From Catajapyx aquilonaris (Eukaryota): a DNA stretch of 51,569 bases. Below, piece by piece: positions 36,601-48,876 of this stretch. The translations under genes and the position numbers were made by a program. The DNA is taken from assembly GCA_000934665.2 (NCBI GenBank), contig KZ538721.1:1-51569 (forward strand). The letters run 5' to 3'. The notes below the pieces were generated by a model. That model had not been told where the DNA came from, did not search any database, and saw nothing but the letters and a program-made list of their open reading frames with translations. Numbering within the stretch: the stretch's first letter is position 1; every line of letters begins with the position of its first letter.

Positions 36601-38040
36601 TATATGGTTGTTACAAGAAAATGGATGCCGATATTAAAATTCTGACTTCATATTCACAATCAGCGCCTACTAATACATGGGAGACATCAAAAATGGCGCC
36701 TTAAACAAAACCCAATGTTGCCCAAAAAATTAATGCAAAATTATGCAAAATAGGCCTATTCTCGGTAGAGTAAGGCCTGTTGCAAGAAAATGGATGCTTA
36801 TATTGAAATTTTGACTTCATATTCGGAATCAGCGCATAGGAATACATGGTAAAAAGTGAAAATGGAGTAACTAACGAAACCGTTGTTGACCATATATGTT
36901 AGTCATATTGATCAATGGGCAGTATACTTTCTGCAAAATAAGGTGTGGCTGTTACAAAAAAATGGAGGGTGATGGACACTTTCTGGCTTCATATTCGCAA
37001 ACAGCGCGTGTGAATGCATTAGAAACAGCTAAAATTGTTCATGGGCCAAAAACCTTGTTGACTAATGTAATCTGAAAATGGTCCTAGTTACTGTAAGATT
37101 GAGTGATTCACAGGTTTCTAATGAAATACTTTGCATACTGTGTGATGCATGATGGGAAAAAACAAACAAATAGTAATGGTGCCTTTTTATTGGTGTGGCT
37201 GAACTCTTCAAATTAGCACTGTACTGATGTCAGTATAAATATAAGACACTGGTGTAAGAAAGAACAAAATGGAGATCAGTTTGATGGACTTTGAGTGAAT
37301 GTCCATTGCATCTTGAGGGTCCTCCTGCTCTTCAGTTTGCAAGTCATCACAAGTTTAGAATGATATCAGGTCCATGAGTTGAGAATACATATTAACACTG
37401 GTAGAAAGGTTTCCCGAAAACGCCCAATAGCAACCCCCAAAAAATAAGGCTGAGACATGTTACAGGAAAGGCCTAAGTTTAAGCTTTTATGAGTATTTCT
37501 AAGCTCACACATATCATGATTCTTAAAATATTTCATTTAAAGAATTATGTATGTGTAGGGGTCTTGTGTGATACCACTGTTGATTGTAAGTTAATAATTA
37601 ATAATGCCTTCCCCTTTCTTTTCACTTGTAGAGTGCCCAGAAAGAGTCCCCGCCTACTTATCAATCGTGAAAAAGCAGGTGAAAGGGATCAGCTCTCTTG
37701 TCTTCTGGGATTTGGTTGTGGGTTAGATTTTGATTCACCCAAGAACACAAGGGATGTTGCTTGGCTTGGTGACTGCGATGATGGATGTCAAGCTCTGGCA
37801 GATGCTCTGGGCTTTGGGGTATGGTATTGTAATTTGTGTGAATATGACAATTTGCATCCCCAATGAGGAATTGTAAATTTTCAGGAGGAACTGAAGGAAC
37901 TGGTAGCTAGAGACCATGCTCGTTTGGATGCAGAAAAGGCAAAAAATAATGATGCAGAAAAGGCAAAGAAGGATGGTAAGGAAAAGACAGAGGTTGTAGA
38001 GGAAACCAAAGAAGAAGTGAAGGAACATGCATCTTTATGA
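24626..38040 (+). CDS. SIRT2: NAD-dependent protein deacetylase sirtuin-2 (exons 2-8; ~406 aa with exon 1 at 12872)
   Basis: Exons 24626-24765, 24834-25005, 25064-25296, 27259-27388, 32788-32980, 37632-37818, 37885-38040; all GT-AG and phase-consistent. Motifs [29 protein letters not shown] (catalytic His), Zn-binding Cys pairs, [30 protein letters not shown], and SIRT2-type DFDS...[13 protein letters not shown]. Confidence 0.95.
27578..28136. mobile_element. pogo/Tigger-like MITE
   Basis: TA|CAGTGAAATCCCGA...TCGGGATTTAACTG|TA. Confidence 0.75.
28217..29012 (+). mobile_element. Mariner transposase remnant flanked by ~200-bp inverted duplication
   Basis: Decayed motifs [58 protein letters not shown]. 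Arms at 28217-28417 and 28812-29012. Confidence 0.85.
29198..29373. mobile_element. Short pogo-like MITE (second, oppositely oriented copy at ~32300-32449)
   Basis: TA|CAGTTGACGCCAGATATAAC...GATATCCAGAGTCTACTG; the reverse complement of 32300-32451 aligns to it. Confidence 0.65.
29822..31800 (-). mobile_element. Truncated, decayed non-LTR retrotransposon (RT plus C-terminal CCHC)
   Basis: [51 protein letters not shown]...HMIYEC; frameshifts; SINE insertion; boundaries approximate. Confidence 0.88.
30411..30780 (+). mobile_element. tRNA-derived SINE (family B) nested in the LINE
   Basis: TGGCCGAGATGG A box, GGTTCGATCCC B box, (AAC)n tail; TSD ttgggccagga (30400-30410, 30781-30791). Confidence 0.9.
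33501..34250. mobile_element. Kolobok-like non-autonomous element
   Basis: ATAA|AGGAAGGGTTCAGTGATTTTGCATGT...ACATGCAAAATCACTGAACCCTTCCT|TTAA; purine-purine termini at a TTAA-type site. Confidence 0.7.
34267..34794. mobile_element. Tc1/mariner-type MITE, 528-bp near-palindrome
   Basis: TA|CAGGGTGTAAATGAAT...ATTCATTTACACCCTG|TA; arms pair over ~240 bp. Confidence 0.9.
35237..37070. mobile_element. Non-autonomous DNA element with tandem ~170-bp subterminal repeats at both ends (foldback/MULE-like)
   Basis: Three left units (~35265, 35435, 35600), three right units (~36610, 36780, 36950), GC-rich core at 36010-36480, imperfect termini sharing tttttggcccatg. Confidence 0.55.
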
Positions 38041-38481
38041 ATAGGATAGGTAGGGTAGTTCATTGTGTATGGTGTTGGTATGATTTGCTTTATTTACCTC
38101 ATGTGGTTCTGCTGCAATGTAGGCAGAGATGCCTTGTGATACCCCTTTTTTTTAAAGAGTTAAGCCAGTGGTGCCATGACAATTCTAGGAATGCCTGGTG
38201 ATGTCATAGATGCTCAGATAACATACGGTCCTATTTGGATTTATGGGTGACCAGTCATGTGAGCATCATTGTCAAGGCAGTCTTATGTCACGTGCCCCTA
38301 ATCTGTGACTTCAGCTGTGCCTTGTGCATTTCTCCTCCCTCCTCCTCCTCTTTCTCCCATGACAGTGTAACAGGAATTCTTTCCATTACCTTTTGTGTTA
38401 AGATAGTTGGGGAACTGTTATTTGAAAAGTAATGTGGCATCATTATTGCTGAAAAACTTCAAAACTATTTAGACTTTAGAG

Positions 38482-38573
38482 CAGTGGTTCTCAACCTTTT
38501 TCGGGTTGCGACCCCCTTTTATGATAGTCAAGTAACCTGCGGCCACGCGCGACCCCCAGGTTGGGAACTACTG
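38482..38573. mobile_element. 92-bp hAT MITE
   Basis: CAGTGGTTCTCAACCT...AGGTTGGGAACTACTG; perfect TSD ctttagag. Confidence 0.85.
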
Positions 38574-38682
38574 CTTTAGAGAAAGGTCGAAGTGTGTGCA
38601 CAACAGCCTAAATAGCAAAAACTGGTGCCCAAGGAAGACACTGCTGGGTAGTTTTTGAGTCATTTCTGGTCACCAGATATGC

Positions 38683-38857
38683 CAGACTTTTTTTTTTCTC
38701 TTGGCTCTAGGAAGAGAAGGGTGTGCAAATCTACCTGGATACATGTGGTTAAAAGCATAAAAATTGCCAACCAAGCACAGGTGATGGGGACAGGATTTGG
38801 ACCCCAGACCTACAACTTGGCTGGCGAGTGACATAACCACTAGATCACCATGCCTCC
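38683..38857 (-). mobile_element. Degenerate SINE family D
   Basis: Aligns by eye with 19860-20029 (ggtga.ggggac.ggattt...taaccact.ga...cca.gcctcc). Confidence 0.65.
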
Positions 38858-40505
38858 CTTAAAAGGACCCATATGAACCTGGGATTTGTGTGGTGTGTTA
38901 AAACCACACATGCATATCTGAATTTTGTTTAGAGATTCTCAACTGCCAGAGTCTGGTGCTGTTGCACATTCCATTGCACCTCGGGGGACATGACACAATC
39001 TGTTACCACGAGCTAACGGTACATCAAAATTAGCCTGATAGCTTCTGTAACTTGCCTCCCATTGGCATTTCCAGATTTAGCCTGAAAATATAGAATGCTT
39101 AAAAATGTGTACAAATTTTAATGGAAGATAAGGAATGCCCAAACAAACCATTTTCATTGATGAATGTATGTCCCCTGATGTCATCCTTCAACACTAGAGG
39201 GCTCTGTTTGGCAGTGTTGCATTTGGCTAGAGAGGTGAAATGGGAATGGTGGTAGGACCTGTGTTTGCATTGGGATTTGTAAATCAAACACAGCACACAT
39301 AACACGGACCTTTTCATGACTGCTGAGATGGCATTGACTCAGTGGAAGCCCTTATTGCAAGAACCGCTGTCACTGCTACAACTGTTTGTGAAATGTGGGA
39401 ATCTTTGAAAGTGTACAGCAATCAATGCTTGGATGCTGTTGCCATTGCATATTTGAGTACCTTCTTCAAATAAACATTTTGTTCAGATGTGTTTCCATTC
39501 ATTTGTGTACCAGCTCCACTGATATCTGTCAGTGCCTTCTAGTTCTAGCATATAAGGATGGCATCAGTCAACATATGAGTTAGTCGGCCCAAAAAAGGAT
39601 TGTCGCGGATCCTGGCTTGGATGCAACCCATTGCACAGGTGCGCTTATCTGACCCTGTCTCTTATCTGCCTTTCAAATCTCTCTCTCTCTCTGGTTCCCT
39701 TTTCCACATCTAATTGTCCCAATGAGTAGAGCCCAGCACAGCAGTACTACTGCCTCCAGAAATGGCATCCATCCCCAGCAACATGGATGTCATGGATGTT
39801 CTCGGAACATCAACAATCCAGGTCTTCCTGTCCAATATGTTTGCCACCCTGTAACTTTGTCTCTTTTGTGTGACTTCACCTCAGATTATTTGAAATGTGC
39901 CTGGGACCTCTGATACAAGCCATGACATCATGCAGTGGAGTAGTCCTTGCAAATCCACATGGGAATATTGACTGAAAAGGTGCATTATGTGTGCTGAAAC
40001 ATAGGGATGTTTGGGGGAGACTGTCTCAGAGGTTTTCATCAGGGAATAGTTGAAATTCAGATCATTGGTAAATCTTCTTGGTAGAGCTTTCTTGCACTTG
40101 GAATCTGTCAAAATGAAATGTTTTTAGATCTGGAAAGTGCAACATTATTTTGATGTTCCCAGGTATAAACTTGGGAGATTCTATACTCAAATGGTACAAT
40201 ACAAGTGACTGACAAGCGTTAATACATAAAATAGTCATTCAAATGAAAATGAGCCAGTCAAATGTGCAGAGACATGGCTATGAATAAGTCCAGGTAAAAA
40301 CATACAAAAATTCAGTCAGGTCTCATCTATTAGTATTCTGGTTCACACTGAGGAGGTAGCTGAGTCAGGGGGTGGGATGGTATGGTATATGGTATGCATA
40401 TACCCAGCATCCCCATCCCTATCTTTTATTCCTATGCCCTTCTTCCCCTACAGTCAATCCTAGCAGGGAACATGTCAGTTCACTTGCATGTTGGGCCACC
40501 TATAT

Positions 40506-40642
40506 CCTCCTGAGACCTGATGTCTAATATATTGGACATCAGCAAAAAAAAAAAGGCGTCAACTGAAATTGACGTTTTTTTTTTTTTTTGGTTTGTTTTT
40601 TTTTGCTGATATTCAATATATTGGACATCAGGTCTCAGGAGG
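40506..40642. mobile_element. piggyBac-like MITE
   Basis: ATAT|CCTCCTGAGACCTGATGTC...GACATCAGGTCTCAGGAGG|ATAT; 4-bp duplication, CC termini. Confidence 0.65.
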
Positions 40643-41735
40643 ATATGATAGTTTCCTATGAAACACTAACATGAAGAAAATTGGTGAAAGAGAATGACTT
40701 CTAAGCCATATGATCGAATCAGCCTGGATGGTGGCTCGACCACGTACAATTGCCATGAAAAAATAATGGGTCATTTCCCCACCAAATGATTGCCAAATCA
40801 CAGATATTACACTTTGGAAAGAAAATCTGACAAAAACCCAGACATTATTTTTTTTAAATTTTTACTGAATTGGTGTCTAGGATGCCATATACTATTGCAG
40901 ACGGGCTTCGCGGTAAACATGGCTTGTATACAAGGTGAAGAAAACTCGCTCGTAATTGCCAGGTAGCCTGATAGCATGTGTAAAAGGAATATAGGGATGT
41001 CTAAGTAGTTTTCAGGTACTTCGCATAGTTTTTGTGCAAAGGGACTTTAACGTTTTGTGACATCATATGCACCCTGCCAGCTACACAGCAGAAAAGCATA
41101 ATCTGCATAATCAGGCCTTGTTCAAGTAAAGGCCTCTACACATGGTAGTGAAACACGCTTGTGGGTTTGACAGAGAGGGAGGATCCAATCGTGCACGATA
41201 TATACCTATAGACTTTTATACCACAGCTCTGACATTTGCCTGGTCACGTAACCACTGCCAAGTTATGCAGTGTTGCAATGTCATACATAATCTTGGTTTA
41301 GAGAGAAAGATGGGAAATAAAGTGCAGACTAGTGAATCCAGCATATTCTGACGTCTCATCTATTCTCCTAATCATCAGGTCCATGAGCCTGTCAAGTCTC
41401 CAGAGTTGACTACCAATACCTTGGCTGTTGTTCCACATGGATGCTACGTGTTGGCATCCATGAGACCAGAATCAGGTGACATGGGGCTTAGCACAGCTGG
41501 GCATGAAACATCTCTCTTAATGGACGTAGGAATGAAACCTAGATCCCACATGTAACCTGCAAGGATAAATGGCATGGCGGGTTTTTATTCATTTTCTTCC
41601 TCTCTGTGTGCCCCCTTGCAATTGAACTATTGCCCCTTGGTGCAAGCCAGTCGTGTACGAGTTTGTTCATGTTTTTAATATTGGCTAGGGGGACACATGA
41701 GGCCTTACTTCCACTGCAAGAATATTCAAATTTTT

Positions 41736-43467
41736 TTAGTAAGCAATGTAATCCTCACTGTCATGCGCATCGTCAGATCCAGGCATTACAGTTCCTTCCG
41801 AGTGCTTGACTTCAGGGCACCTTAATTCGCGATCGAATTCAAAGGATATGCTCATCACGGCTACCTCAGGTACTAGAGTGGACTGCGATGGCACAGTTGG
41901 ATCTGCAAGTAACATTTAACATGACATTTATAACAAAGTGTCACTGTAAAATGATTGTGGCATCATTCAAGCTTTTCACATCGCATTATGAAAAGTCACA
42001 ACTGATTTGGATGCATCCTAAAACCCATGCCGATTTTAGCGAACAAAGATTTTAAATCCTATCAATTCATGAAATTTATTCTGAGGCACATGCACTTACC
42101 ATCTTCATCATCGGAAATGTCAAATATTGACCGAACATTGCGCTTTTTGATTGACGCTGGTTTTGTAGAAGTGGCCACTAAAAAATACAATTGGCAATTT
42201 TAATTTTACAACTCCATATTATTTACGTATTATTAATTTCATTATGAGCCCCATTCACTTACCATCTTCGTCATCGGAGAGGTCAAATCTTGATCCAACA
42301 TTGCGCTTTTTGACACGTTTTGGTTGCGATGGTGGTTTCGGAAACGCAGCCGCTAAAAATATACAATTGAAAATATTAGTTGTATCCACCACCCATTCAT
42401 GATTTATGCAAAATAAACTGATTCAAAGGTCGAGATCATACACTGGTCTCATTTTCCTGGCTTTAAGCACACTCTTATGTAGTGATATTAAGGTATTATT
42501 TATTAATTTGTACTGAGTCCCTTGCACTGCTCCTTCATTGGAGAGATCAAATAATGACCCAATGTTGCGCTTTTTGGCACATGTTACTTGTGGATCTGAT
42601 TTTGGAGATGCAGCCACAAAAAATGCATAATTAAAATTTTTTAGTCGTACATCAGGTTAGTGCAAACTTTTAAGAATCTAGTATAATATTATAGTGCACA
42701 ACTCCTTCATTAGAAGCAGCTTCAACTTCAATTGGATCAGGTGTGCCTGAACCGCATGTATTCGCTTGCTCAGATTTATTAAAATCTGAAAGAAAAAGTA
42801 CAAGTAACTAATAAGTCCTTGGGATTAAACTAGGTCCACTAATTAATTGCATTGTGATGAAAATGCTTAAGAAACTGCCATATCTTACAGCAAATATATT
42901 ATGTAACTAGCAGGTTACCGGGAGTTGCCTGGGTATGTTACGGTGGTAGGCCTATATCTATAAATGAGGATGTTTGTGGGTGAGTTTGTTCGCTATAGAA
43001 ATCCAGGGGAATGCCCCTACACCGCACATCCTTAAAACTGGCCTTATGGGTCATTGTGTACTTATTGAAAGGAATAAGCCAAAGTTTTTCATTAGATGTT
43101 AAGGGGTCAATCTGGCGTCATGAGATCATTAATGGCATCGGGGCGGTGTGGTGGCCGAGATGGTAACGTCTCGGCTTGCTGTGTGAAAGGCCCCTGGTTC
43201 GATCCCCGCCTGGGGAACTTTCCTTTCACCTGCGTCAGGAGGGTCTCTGACCTGCACCAAGGAGGTGTCTGGCAACCTAGCCTCCTGGGGGACTGCACAT
43301 GACCCGTTTAACGACATTGCACTTGAACCCGTGTCCCCTCCCCGAAAATCCCTATCCTTACCCAATTTCCTTGATTCCTTGCACCGAAGTTGAGAAAATT
43401 GAAAAAATAAAAATAAATAAAGGTTCATGCGATATACCCCTGTTTGGGGGTGAAAGCATTACCCACA

Positions 43468-43540
<73 letters not shown>

Positions 43541-46500
43541 GCATCAATTCAATTGTAATTTTATTACAGCCGTTTTATACATTCCAGCTCTCAACCGAAG
43601 CAGTGGTGGCGGAGGGGATGTGGTATCCGACTGCTAATCGGGAGGTCCTGGGTTCGAATCCCGGTGCCGGCAACTCTAACAGTGGTTTTCTGTGGTTTCC
43701 CACGGTTCCTCCAGGAGAATTCCGGAGTTGTTTCCTAAAACTAATAGGCCACAGCCTCCTCCTTCCTTTCCTATCCTATCCCAAAAAGCGCAGTAAAAAC
43801 GAAACGAAGAGTTCCAGTCAAAAAAAAAAATCCCCCCTAAAGAGCCGCTGGCTGATAACGGGGTATGAATTATTATTATTATTATACATTCCAGCTCTCA
43901 ATTAGAGCCTCGCACAACATTTGAAACTCTGAGTCGTGTTTTACTTTTAGTTACTGTGTCCAAATTGCAATATATCTGTGCAGGTTGAGCATGCAGCTAT
44001 GCCCTAGTCATCATGAGCCTGGTCATCAGGGCCTGGGGGTGGGGGTGGGGGGCTTACAAGAGGCTGTAAGGGGCCAAAATTTTTGGCATGCATTTGGACT
44101 AGAGGCCACAAGTAAAACCGGCTGCTGCTAGGGACTGGCTTATCTTTCCACTCAGGTGTCTTCAATAAGTCAATTATTAGGAATCCTAAATGACTTATAG
44201 TCTAGCGTCTATTGGGGACAAGGGTCGGGTGATTCCAGAACAGAATGGCCACAAAAAATCTAGATGAAATTCCAGATGTCGGCACTCTATGATTTGTATC
44301 CCCTCCCCTTTCCCCATTTCTGCGAGTACCCGATCAGTTTCCAGAATTTTTATAATGGTCATGTGAGGGTAGCAAGCACCACCCACCCCCTCGTTATCCG
44401 CTGGCTACCCCAGTTATTGGGAAAATGCTACGATGTATATGATGATGATGTACCGTAATGGCGTATATGATGATCATGATTCATGATGTATATCATGTTT
44501 TTTTGATGGATTTTCGAAATGGAAGTATTTGCCTATTATAGTTTATGCCAAGCAACAATCAATAAATTGTAATAAAAGTGATAGTTCCTGTCATTTTGTA
44601 CGAACAAAGACAGCATAAAGGAGGTAGGCCTAATGCTCATGGGGGGAGGGGAGGGGGGCGAAATTTCGGAAGGGGTCGGAATTTTTTGGCTTCTCCCCCC
44701 AGGTCTGCCAAGTTATATCCAGCACTGCTGGTCATTATTTTCAGACGCGACACTTTCAACAGCATGGCTGGTGAGCAATGCAAATGAGACAGATGCACCG
44801 CCACATGGTCGGTGCAATTGTCCATCATCACAGTCAATGCACCTTTTTTTAGCAATTTTCTAAAAACCATACGTCACCAAGTTCAAATGGAAATTGACAG
44901 TGCACATATTTGGATGCATCTTTTCATTCAAACAAAAAAAGTGCAGGAAGATCTCACAACTCCCTGCAGCAAAATGTTACATTTACCATAATGCTGTTCC
45001 ACATAATTTATTGTATCTGACGAGGTTCCTTCCTGTCGATCATGGTCTAGCGGCTGGAATATGCCTGGCTCCCAACAGAGTGAAAGGGTAAACCACGCCT
45101 ATTGCTATGGCTCAATCACTTTCCAACATCCCCTGTTTTTTTGTTTTGTTTTTGGTTTTGTTTTGTATTTTTGGGATAGGCAAAAAAGAAGAAAGAACTA
45201 AACGACACGAGAGAAACATGTATGATACCTTGATGATACTGATACCCAGCTGAAATAGTAAGGTTCAGTTGTATTATAAATAGCAAGTGAAACAACTGGT
45301 CCTTCTTATGCGGACTTACAGCAGGTAGTTTCATGAGGAAATATTGCACAATTCATAAAAAATTACAAAGAATGTTGAAATTATACTGTCCCTGAAAGTT
45401 TCACAAGATATAATTATTTTAATCCCCATCCCTACCCCATGTCCTTTCGTCCTTGCACCAGTGCTGGAGAAAAATAAGAAAACGGTATTTACCCCCCCCC
45501 CCCCTCCCATGGGGTAAAATAATAAAATAATAAAATAATAAATAAATAAATAAATAATTTTAGTCTCACCTTGATGACCATCAAATTCAGAATTGGTGGA
45601 CAGTGAAGGTGTTTCCATGTCCATTAGACTATCTTCTCGTCCAGTACTTCCTGCTAACTGGATCTGTCCCTCAGATTCCACACATTCAGTGCACTTCTGG
45701 GATGCAACCAACTTTTCCAGCTCAGCGCACTTTTCTTGCCAGTTACCCACTTCAACTGCAAAATACAATAAAATAAACAATGAGCAATATGTTATAATTT
45801 TCTGCACTTATCCTGATGTGTCAATCAAGGTGTCAATGCACCAGTAAAAGTGAATGCCTGATTTTAGAAATGTTTTGTCAGATATTACGCTCTCATACAC
45901 TGACTAAACGACAACACTGTATGTAATGACAGGTCAAATAAATAATTAATTTGAAAAAGTCCTGATGAAATTTTACAACATTACAGTGTATTAAAACACA
46001 CGCACAGAATTCAGGAAGTAAAATAATAATGACTGGAAAATGATTTATTAACACGCTTAATTTGACCCTTTACCAAATTTTGATCCGATTGAACTTAAAC
46101 TTTGACACTACTATTAAATGGATAACCACACCTTTGAGTATTGCATGTATCAGGATCAAACTTACCTTGCAGGTGGCCTTCTCTTTGCAGCAACTTCCTA
46201 ACCTTCAACTTTAAGTCCTTCAGCTGCTCCTTGTTTACCTCTACTCCACCGTTTTTCTGCTTTTCCATGAACAAGGCTGCTTCCAATTCTTTTATTCTGG
46301 AATCCTTCTGCTTTAATAGATCTTGGTGTTGATGGACATTCTGTGAATTAAAGTACAAAAATTAATTTGCAAGTTTAAAGTGAAAAAGTGTCATTGCACA
46401 CCACACTAACTTGACACCATTAATTTGATAAGAAAACTTGCATTTGGAATTATTCCCATTGCATGCCCACACCTTACGATGCAAGGTGACAAGTACTTAA

Positions 46501-47085
46501 ATTACCTGCTCCACCTCTTCCTTAGCCTTCCTCATCCCCTCAAATCTCTGCCTCATTAACTCATATAACTTTGTATTTTTCATCATCGCCTCATTATCTC
46601 TCCGAATTTTGCTGATCTTTGATCGCAGATCTCTGACGGTCTGAACCACCTGACTGTGGGGGAAAAAACATTGTGAGAAACCGCAAGTAAATTACTCTAC
46701 GAATCTACGCAAATGAACCTCACCGATATGACTTGCAGCGACTCATCAACACCCTCAGCAGCTTACGGTCCACGAGAACCTTGTTCTCATCGTAGGTCTG
46801 AAAAAATTCAGTCGCTTGGTCATACTCATCAGAATTATTTACACAAACCAAAGGGCTTTTCATGCAATAGAGTCCGTTCTTCAAGAGGCATGTTGCCATG
46901 GTAACCGCCCACAGACAGCCTTTTATATAATTACATGTAACAGCACGATTTACCTGCACCGAATTTCTGGATCCAACTGCCAGCATCGTCACGAACTCAG
47001 GGTCTCCATTGGTCTCACCCTCGGGTTGGGCCACGGGTTGAGCCAAGGCTGATAGCTCAAGAGATGTGGACGATAGAAGCTCCAT
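41736..47085 (-). CDS. Uncharacterised multi-exon protein: N-terminal coiled coil, acidic low-complexity C-terminus with repeated exons
   Basis: Phase-consistent GT-AG exons 46724-47085 (possibly split), 46506-46653, 46166-46340, 45570-45755; candidates 45229-45249 and ~44987-45064; then 42263-42352, 42100-42177, 41736-41902. Heptad-like E/K/Q/L-rich segments. 3' model uncertain; no family recognised. Confidence 0.65.
43140..43533 (+). mobile_element. tRNA-derived SINE (family B head) with (ATT)n tail
   Basis: Head and body near-identical to the 30411 copy; TSD attaatggcatc (43128-43139, 43534-43545). Confidence 0.9.
43595..43881 (+). mobile_element. tRNA-derived SINE (family C)
   Basis: CTGCTAATC anticodon-loop-like segment, GGTTCGAATCCC B box, (ATT)n tail; TSD ttatacattccagctctcaa (43575-43594, 43882-43901). 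Confidence 0.9.
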
Positions 47086-47269
47086 GCTTATGATAGGGTC
47101 ATCTCTCTCTCTCTCTCAGACAAGAATAACGACGACGACGGAGATAACGACATAACAGAATATTAACAAACAATAAACTCGTGTGAACAACAAACTGAAC
47201 AAAGAACAAAATGGCAAGAAAAGTTTTTTGTGTGCCGAATCGAACAAAAGGCTGGTCGGGCGGTTGGAC

Positions 47270-47345
47270 AGAACCCGGATGATTGGAGCGAGTTTAGTGG
47301 ACGTGGTCTAGTGATGGGAGGGAGCCAATCAGAACTCCCTTCTCA
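47270..47345. promoter_or_regulatory. Probable promoter of the minus-strand coiled-coil gene (CCAAT boxes)
   Basis: GATTGG at 47281-47286 and CCAATC at 47325-47330 in a CpG-rich patch ~200 bp upstream of the ATG at 47085. Confidence 0.4.
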
Positions 47346-47709
47346 ACGGTTTTTCTCTCAATTGAGTGGGGTCGGCGAGCCTATACACTTTCAGACGGTA
47401 AAAGTGGCGCCGAATAATCCCCTGTTGGAACGTAGTACTAACTACCCCATATATGGTAGATATGACATCACCGCCTCAACATTTAATTTAATTTTTTGGC
47501 AATTATTGAAATATTTAATTGCTGTTTATTCACAAACAAATTAATGTTTCATAAAATGAGACATATTGCAACCCTGTTTGAACAACCCTTAAAATGAGGG
47601 CGAAATAATTCGCACAATTGTACACTCTGCACAGGACTGCACAGATTCGATTGGCAGGTGACATTTAGAGTCCAAAAGTCACTGGTGCGTTTCGACGCCA
47701 TGGTACTTA

Positions 47710-47870
47710 TGGGGCTGAAATTGTTTTGACCACTTTATCCTGGTCTTTAAGCAACCCTTCACACACACCCACACACCCTCTCACACACCTGCTCACCGTG
47801 GCCGTGGGGCCTGTGCGAAGGATTGCTTAAAGACCAGGATAAAGACGTGTCCAAAACAATTTGAGCCCCA
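47710..47870. mobile_element. PIF/Harbinger (Tourist)-like MITE
   Basis: TTA|TGGGGCT...AGCCCCA|TAA palindrome; shares ctttatcctggtctt.aagcaacccttc with 49950-50079. Confidence 0.65.
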
Positions 47871-48622
47871 TAATACTTCCAGAAAGCTGTTTCAAGGAAC
47901 ATTTCCAAAGCCTTCCGCTTTTTACTCCGCAGAAACGTCTCTGTGGACCTGACTGACTCAAGAGTGACCATATTATACTCCAGAGAGGCAGAGGCAGACA
48001 GGTAGCAGTCATCCTCTAGACTCTAGAGTCTAGAACAGCCACCTGCAAGTTCTGTACCAGACAATGGACCATGTGAGCCTGTTCACTCAAGACTCCGTGC
48101 ATTATGTGAGTACAGGCCTCGTTCTGGAGGAGTGGAGGTGAAGCCTCCTGTCAAGATGAACATATGTGACCTCCAAAGAAGGGGACATGTTGTAGGGTGC
48201 TAGTCTTAATAGTACTGCTGTATTGTCATTGTTGATTTCAAAAAATATTGATGAAGTTCTAAAGACTATACGTGTCTTTTTGCTGACTCTTGTTCCAACC
48301 CCGAACACAACATACTTACTCTTGTATTGCTTACTTACTTACTGTATTGCACTATGAAACCTGAGAGATTGAAATCCTAATACCGGTATGTTGGACAATT
48401 TTCTTGGAACCTTCCGTGTCCAACATAGACAGGGTTTACAATGAAAATTAGTTCATGAGCTGATAGAAGACACTAGTGAATTCAATGTAGATATCATCAT
48501 TGTTATTTGACGTAGCCTTTTAATTTAACAACCTGTAGGCTATGTTTGACAACAATTTCATGGAGCTCATTGCTCGTCCTGTTCGGTATAGCCTTCCCCA
48601 TGAAACTTACTAAACTCCAAGA

Positions 48623-48876
48623 ACCGAAGCAGGCCGGTGTAGGGGATAAGGAGCTGGCCTGCTAATCGGGATGTGCTGGGTTCGAATCCCGGGGCCGGCG
48701 ACCCTGACCATGGTTTTCTGTGGTTTTCCATGGTCCCCCCTGCAGGACAATTCCAGGGTCGTTTCCATAAAAATAGGCTGCTTCCTTCCTTCCCTATCCC
48801 TGGTCCCATCCAATGGTGGTAATCCACCCCCCTAAGGGAGCCTAGCACAGGGTATGATAAATAAAAAAAATAAATG
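48623..48876 (+). mobile_element. tRNA-derived SINE (family C)
   Basis: Same head as 43595 (accgaagcag...ctgctaatcggga...gggttcgaatccc); TSD ctaaactccaaga (48610-48622, 48877-48889). Confidence 0.9.

Noticed and set aside
35260..37060. CRISPR-like array
   Set aside because: Eukaryotic context; long degenerate tandem units without unique spacers; no cas genes.
42907..44133. Canonical non-autonomous Helitron ends (CTAG plus hairpin; TCTAT start)
   Set aside because: Termini are degenerate and cannot be paired confidently.
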